From Chiloscyllium plagiosum (taxonomy: Eukaryota), in contig NC_057720.1 in assembly GCF_004010195.1 (NCBI RefSeq), positions 91,839,695 through 91,903,694 of the forward strand: a stretch of 64,000 nt of DNA, in the 5' to 3' direction. Position 1 is the stretch's first letter; every line of letters starts with the position of its first letter. Both the position numbers and the translations under genes were made by a program. The notes below the pieces were generated by a model that had not been told where the DNA came from, did not search any database, and was given only the letters and a program-made list of their open reading frames with translations. Below are positions 59,947 to 64,000 of this stretch, one piece after another.

Positions 59947-60875
59947 TGCCTGACCTGCTGCGCTGTTCCAGCAACAAATTTTCAGCTCTGATCTCCAGCA
60001 TCTGCAGACCTCACTTTCTCCTACCGGAGTTGGGAGGTCATGTTGCAGCTGTACAGGACATTGGTTAGGCCACTGTTGGAATATTGTGTGCAGTTCTGGT
60101 CTCCTTCCTATCGGAAAGATGTTGTGAAACTTGAAAGAGTTCAGAAAAGATTTACAAGAATGTTGCCAGGGTTGGAGGATTTGAGCTACAGGGAGAGTCT
60201 GAATAGGCTGGGGCTGTTTTCCCTGGAGTGTCGGAGGCTGAGGAGTGCCCTTATAGAGGTGTATTAAATCATGAGGGGTATGGATAGGGTAAATAAAGAA
60301 AATCTTTTCCCTGGGGTGGGTGAGTTCAGAACTAGAGGACATAGGTTTAGGGTGAGGGAAAAATTTAAAAGAGACCTAGGGGACAACCTTTTCATACAGA
60401 GAGTGCGAGTATGGAATGAGCTGCCAGAGGGAGTGGTGGAGGCTGGTACAATTACAGCCTTTAAAAGGCATCTGGATGGGTATATGAATAGAAAGGGTTT
60501 AGAGGGACATGGGCCAAGTGCTGGCAAATGGGACGAGATTAGGTTAGGATATCTGGTTGGTATGGGCGAGTTGGACGGAAGGGTCTGTTTCCATGCTGTA
60601 CATCTCTGTGACTCTATGACTCTAATATTCTTGGATCATTTGTTTCCAGTGCCCTATCACCTTTAAATACCAGTGTCTATCCAATGCCCCTCCTTATCAA
60701 TTTTAAACCTTTCCAATGATTGTGTTTTCTCCTCTGACACCATAGCTTGGTCAGCATCTCCTTCCCTATGAAAGACAGATTCAACTTATTCATTTAATGC
60801 CTCAGCCATGTTCCCTGCCTCCACGTGTAAATCTCATTGGTTGTTCCTAATTGGTCCTACTCTTCCATTTCCTAC

Positions 60876-61545
60876 ATAGAGTCATAGAGACGTACAGCAC
60901 GGAAACAGACCCTTCGGTTCAACCCGTCCATGCCGACCAGATATCCCAACACAATCTAGCCTCACCTGCCAGCACCCAGCCCATATCCCTCCAAACCCTT
61001 CCTATTCATATACCCATCCAGATGCCTTTTAAATGTTGCAATTGTACCAGCCTCCACTACTTCCTCTGGCAGCTCATTCCATACACGTACCATTCTCTGA
61101 GTGAAAAAGTTGCCCTTTAGGTTTCTTTTATGTCTTTTCCCTCTCACCCTGAACTTATGCCCTCGAGTTCTGGACTCTTCCACACCAGGGAAAAGATTTT
61201 GTCTATTTATCCTACCCATGCCCCTCATGATTTAATAAACCTGTATAAGGTCACCCTCAGTCTATGACGCTCCAGGGAAAAGACCCCAGCCTATTCAACC
61301 CCTCCCTTAGCTCAAATCCTCCAACCCTGACAGCATCCTTGTCAATCTTTACTGAACCCTTTCAAGTTTCACAAAATCCTTCTGATAAGAAGGAGACCAG
61401 AATTGCACGCAGTATTCCAACAGCGGCCTAACCAATGTCCTGTACAGCCGCAACGTGACCTCCCAACTCCTGTACTCAATACTATGACGAATAAAGGAAA
61501 GCATACCAAATGCCTCCTTCACTATCCTGAATAGCCTGCGACTCC
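60876..61545 (-). mobile_element. CR1-type LINE 3' fragment
   Basis: CATAGAGTCATAGAG tail; FFTQRMVRVWNELPEEVV on the minus strand. Confidence 0.9.
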
Positions 61546-61549
61546 ATTA

Positions 61550-62960
61550 CTTTTGCTGTTTATGTGTTCTGTAGAAGACGTTGGGATTATTCTTTATATG
61601 AGCTGCCAATCTTTATTTTTAACCTCTCCTAGCTGCTCTTATTTGGGTTTTCACTTCCCTTCTGAATCTTCTGCATTCATCTTGGCTCTCAATTCAATTT
61701 TTTACCTCATACCCATCAGGTTTTTTTTTTCTTCCTCTATCTCCATTTACGTCCTGGGATCTCCAGCTCCAATCTGTCCAACCCAGCTCTCCTCTTTCCC
61801 TGCTGAACTCAGATTCTGGGTTGTCCTTTGTTCTTTCCCACTGTCATTTGTAAATTTTATAATTACAATGATCACAGTCCCCTATGTGCTTCCCCCACTG
61901 AACTTGATCAACTTGATCCACCTAATTCCCAAGAACTCGAGCAGCTCCTCTTTTTTTTGGTTGGACTAGGCACACACTGTTGTAGAAAGTTCTTCTGAAT
62001 ACAATCTTGGAATGACCACTGAGCAATGTGATTGCACCATTTTTGTTCCTTAGCTTTTGCCAAATTGATTCTGTCCTTGAAACCTCTTTGACATCCGGTT
62101 TCTCCACCACTGCACTGAACTCCATAACCAATACTGCCATGGTTCTCCCTTTCATGTCTTTTCTGAATACCTTGTGACCAGGATTATTTAACACCCATTC
62201 CTGCTGAGTCTTCAACCATGTCTCTGTAGCCATAATGTCATAATTTCACGAGGCAATCTGCACCTGTACCTCAACAATCTTATTGACTACACGCTGTATG
62301 CTCACAAATATGTTACCCTGATTTAGATTTATTTATTTCCTTCTTTTCCGCAACTTCACCTCTTAGTCTGCTAGATGTTATTGTCTTGGTGTGTTCCCTG
62401 TGTCTTTCCCTGTGTTCTTGTGCACCAGAGTGATACTTTCTCATCTGCTCTCCAGGTTCTCCAACCCCTTCCTCCTTTTCTCTGATTGTTAGTTTAAATC
62501 TCATGTCACCCAAAGCACTAGCCAAATGCCGTCCAAGAAACTCTGTCCCAGCTTTGTTCAGGTGCTCCCCGTCCAGCTTGTACCGGTGCCATCATCCCCA
62601 GAGCCAATCTCAATTGTCCATGGAATCTAGAGGCCCATCGTATGCCATCTTTCCAACTATGTATTCACCTGCCTTATCCTTCTGTTTCACCTTTGTCAGT
62701 ATTCTGCAGAGATACCCATTTAGTGAGAGAAATCTTGTGGAACTCCTACTTTGCTTTCTTTGGCTGTCTAGAGTTGCCCATTCCCTAACTGCTTGCATTG
62801 CCTCTAACCTGCATGAATATACTATCCATACAGTTCTCTTCCAAACAGATGTACCACATTGACACCACTGTAGCTGAAGATTTTACAGCTGGTGATCCAT
62901 CCTGCACATGTCTGTCTTGATCATATGAACTATCCAACCCCCCCCATTTGCCAGAGGATG
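61550..62960 (-). mobile_element. Old CR1 endonuclease/ORF1 remnant
   Basis: MATETWLK..W.LN.PGHKVFRKD and ESIW..LRNK on the minus strand. Confidence 0.7.
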
Positions 62961-63470
62961 GGCGTATCATACCTTAATCTTACTTTTGTAATGTTTCCTT
63001 TTGACTTATTTTTTCTAGTGATGGGTCATTTTATAAATTTACATTTTTGCAAAATTCCCTGACTTTGAAATGTAGTACCTAATAGCATCTACTCATAAAG
63101 CGACCTCTTCTTCTTCCCCTTCACTGAATGCCCGCTCAGCAAGCTTAAGTTCTTGCAATGAACCTGACCGAAAGCATCTTTCCTCCCATGCACCGAATTC
63201 TCAACTTCCACCAAGTATATGCTGTCTTATCTCACTCTGTTATGGTCTGACCATTTCTGCCCATACCACACTCAGAGTGCCTGTGTAGACTTTGAGTTCA
63301 GTATCAGAATGAATTTTTAAATGTATGGGCTCAGCTGAGAGTGCTACCTCTGAGTAATAGTGAACATTGTTGGCTTCAGGGCTGATCAAAAATGTTAGTC
63401 TGATCTGTTCAGAGACCTTCTATGGCTAATGAATGTCATCCTGACTTGTGGAATAAATACCTATTCACAG

Positions 63471-63596
63471 ATGCCGGAGGAGCAGGCATTTTGCGTCTTG
63501 GTGAAGATTATGTATGATTATGGTCTCCGGGAACTCTACAAGAACAACTTTGAGGATCTACATTGCAAATTTTACCAACTGGAGAGGCTACTCCAG
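63471..63596 (+). CDS. RABGAP1L: Rab GTPase-activating protein 1-like, next TBC-domain exon (126 nt)
   Basis: TTCACAG acceptor and GTAAGC donor; encodes MPEEQAFCVLVKIMYDYGLRELYKNNFEDLHCKFYQLERLLQ, in frame with the previous exon. Confidence 0.92.
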
Positions 63597-64000
63597 GTAA
63601 GCACCAAGTGCCTTGTCTCACCAAAACTTGCTACCACACACGGATCGAGATGAAAATTCTGAGAGTTTATTCAATATTGTCTTGTATTTTTCCTTCGGAA
63701 ATATTGCATTTCACTATATGTTTTTGTTCATTTGAATATGTATTCAATGGTTGTAATTGTCTGCAACAATAGGTGGGCAGGGTTTCACTCTTGCCACCTC
63801 AGCGAGTGTTGAGCTGGTGTTGCAGGTCGCAGATCCCTCTTGGAACATGGGTTACTTCATGTTCAATAATTTCAAAGTGTAGCAAGTGCAGTCATGTTGC
63901 CAGTTGTGAGTCAAGTATCAGCATGGACACCTTCATTAAATCTACTTGATAGGGTAGAATTATACTTGTTTGTATGTTTCTCCTGAAAGACAGTACCTTT

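Larger units (their letters stand above)
59540..60620 (+). mobile_element. CR1-type LINE 3' fragment carrying two nested short insertions
   Basis: MLQLYRTLVRPLLEYCVQFWSP...VWNELPEGVV; TGACTCTATGACTCT tail; interrupted at 59664-59807 and 59853-60021. Confidence 0.9.

Overview
This is eukaryotic, repeat-rich DNA from a cartilaginous fish, most likely a carpet or nurse-type shark, judged from the NS4-like light chain and HE1-type SINEs. The window holds a kappa-type (NS4-like) immunoglobulin light-chain region. One intact unrearranged V has an octamer/TATA promoter, a leader exon and a 12-RSS (4631-5309); its J is not visible and probably lies in the N gap at 5705-6357. There are three full-length C exons (12258-12586 +, 27859-28187 +, 47127-47455 -) and two internally deleted pseudo-C copies. 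A ~13 kb segmental duplication (about 10177-23872 vs 25898-38620) carries one C and one pseudo-C per unit. Two TBC-domain exons of RABGAP1L lie at the right end (57545-57619, 63471-63596), so as assembled the Ig genes sit inside a RABGAP1L intron, but an unsized 500-N gap separates them. The rest is CR1-type LINEs, HE1 SINEs, Deu-domain SINE remnants, Penelope-like elements, a young Tx1/L1 3' end and a decayed retroviral RT. The most striking unexplained pattern is a set of short (110-200 bp) insertions from several families. Each carries a minimal hammerhead-ribozyme core; several have target-site duplications and several have fold-back arms. Repeat boundaries were read by eye and are approximate.
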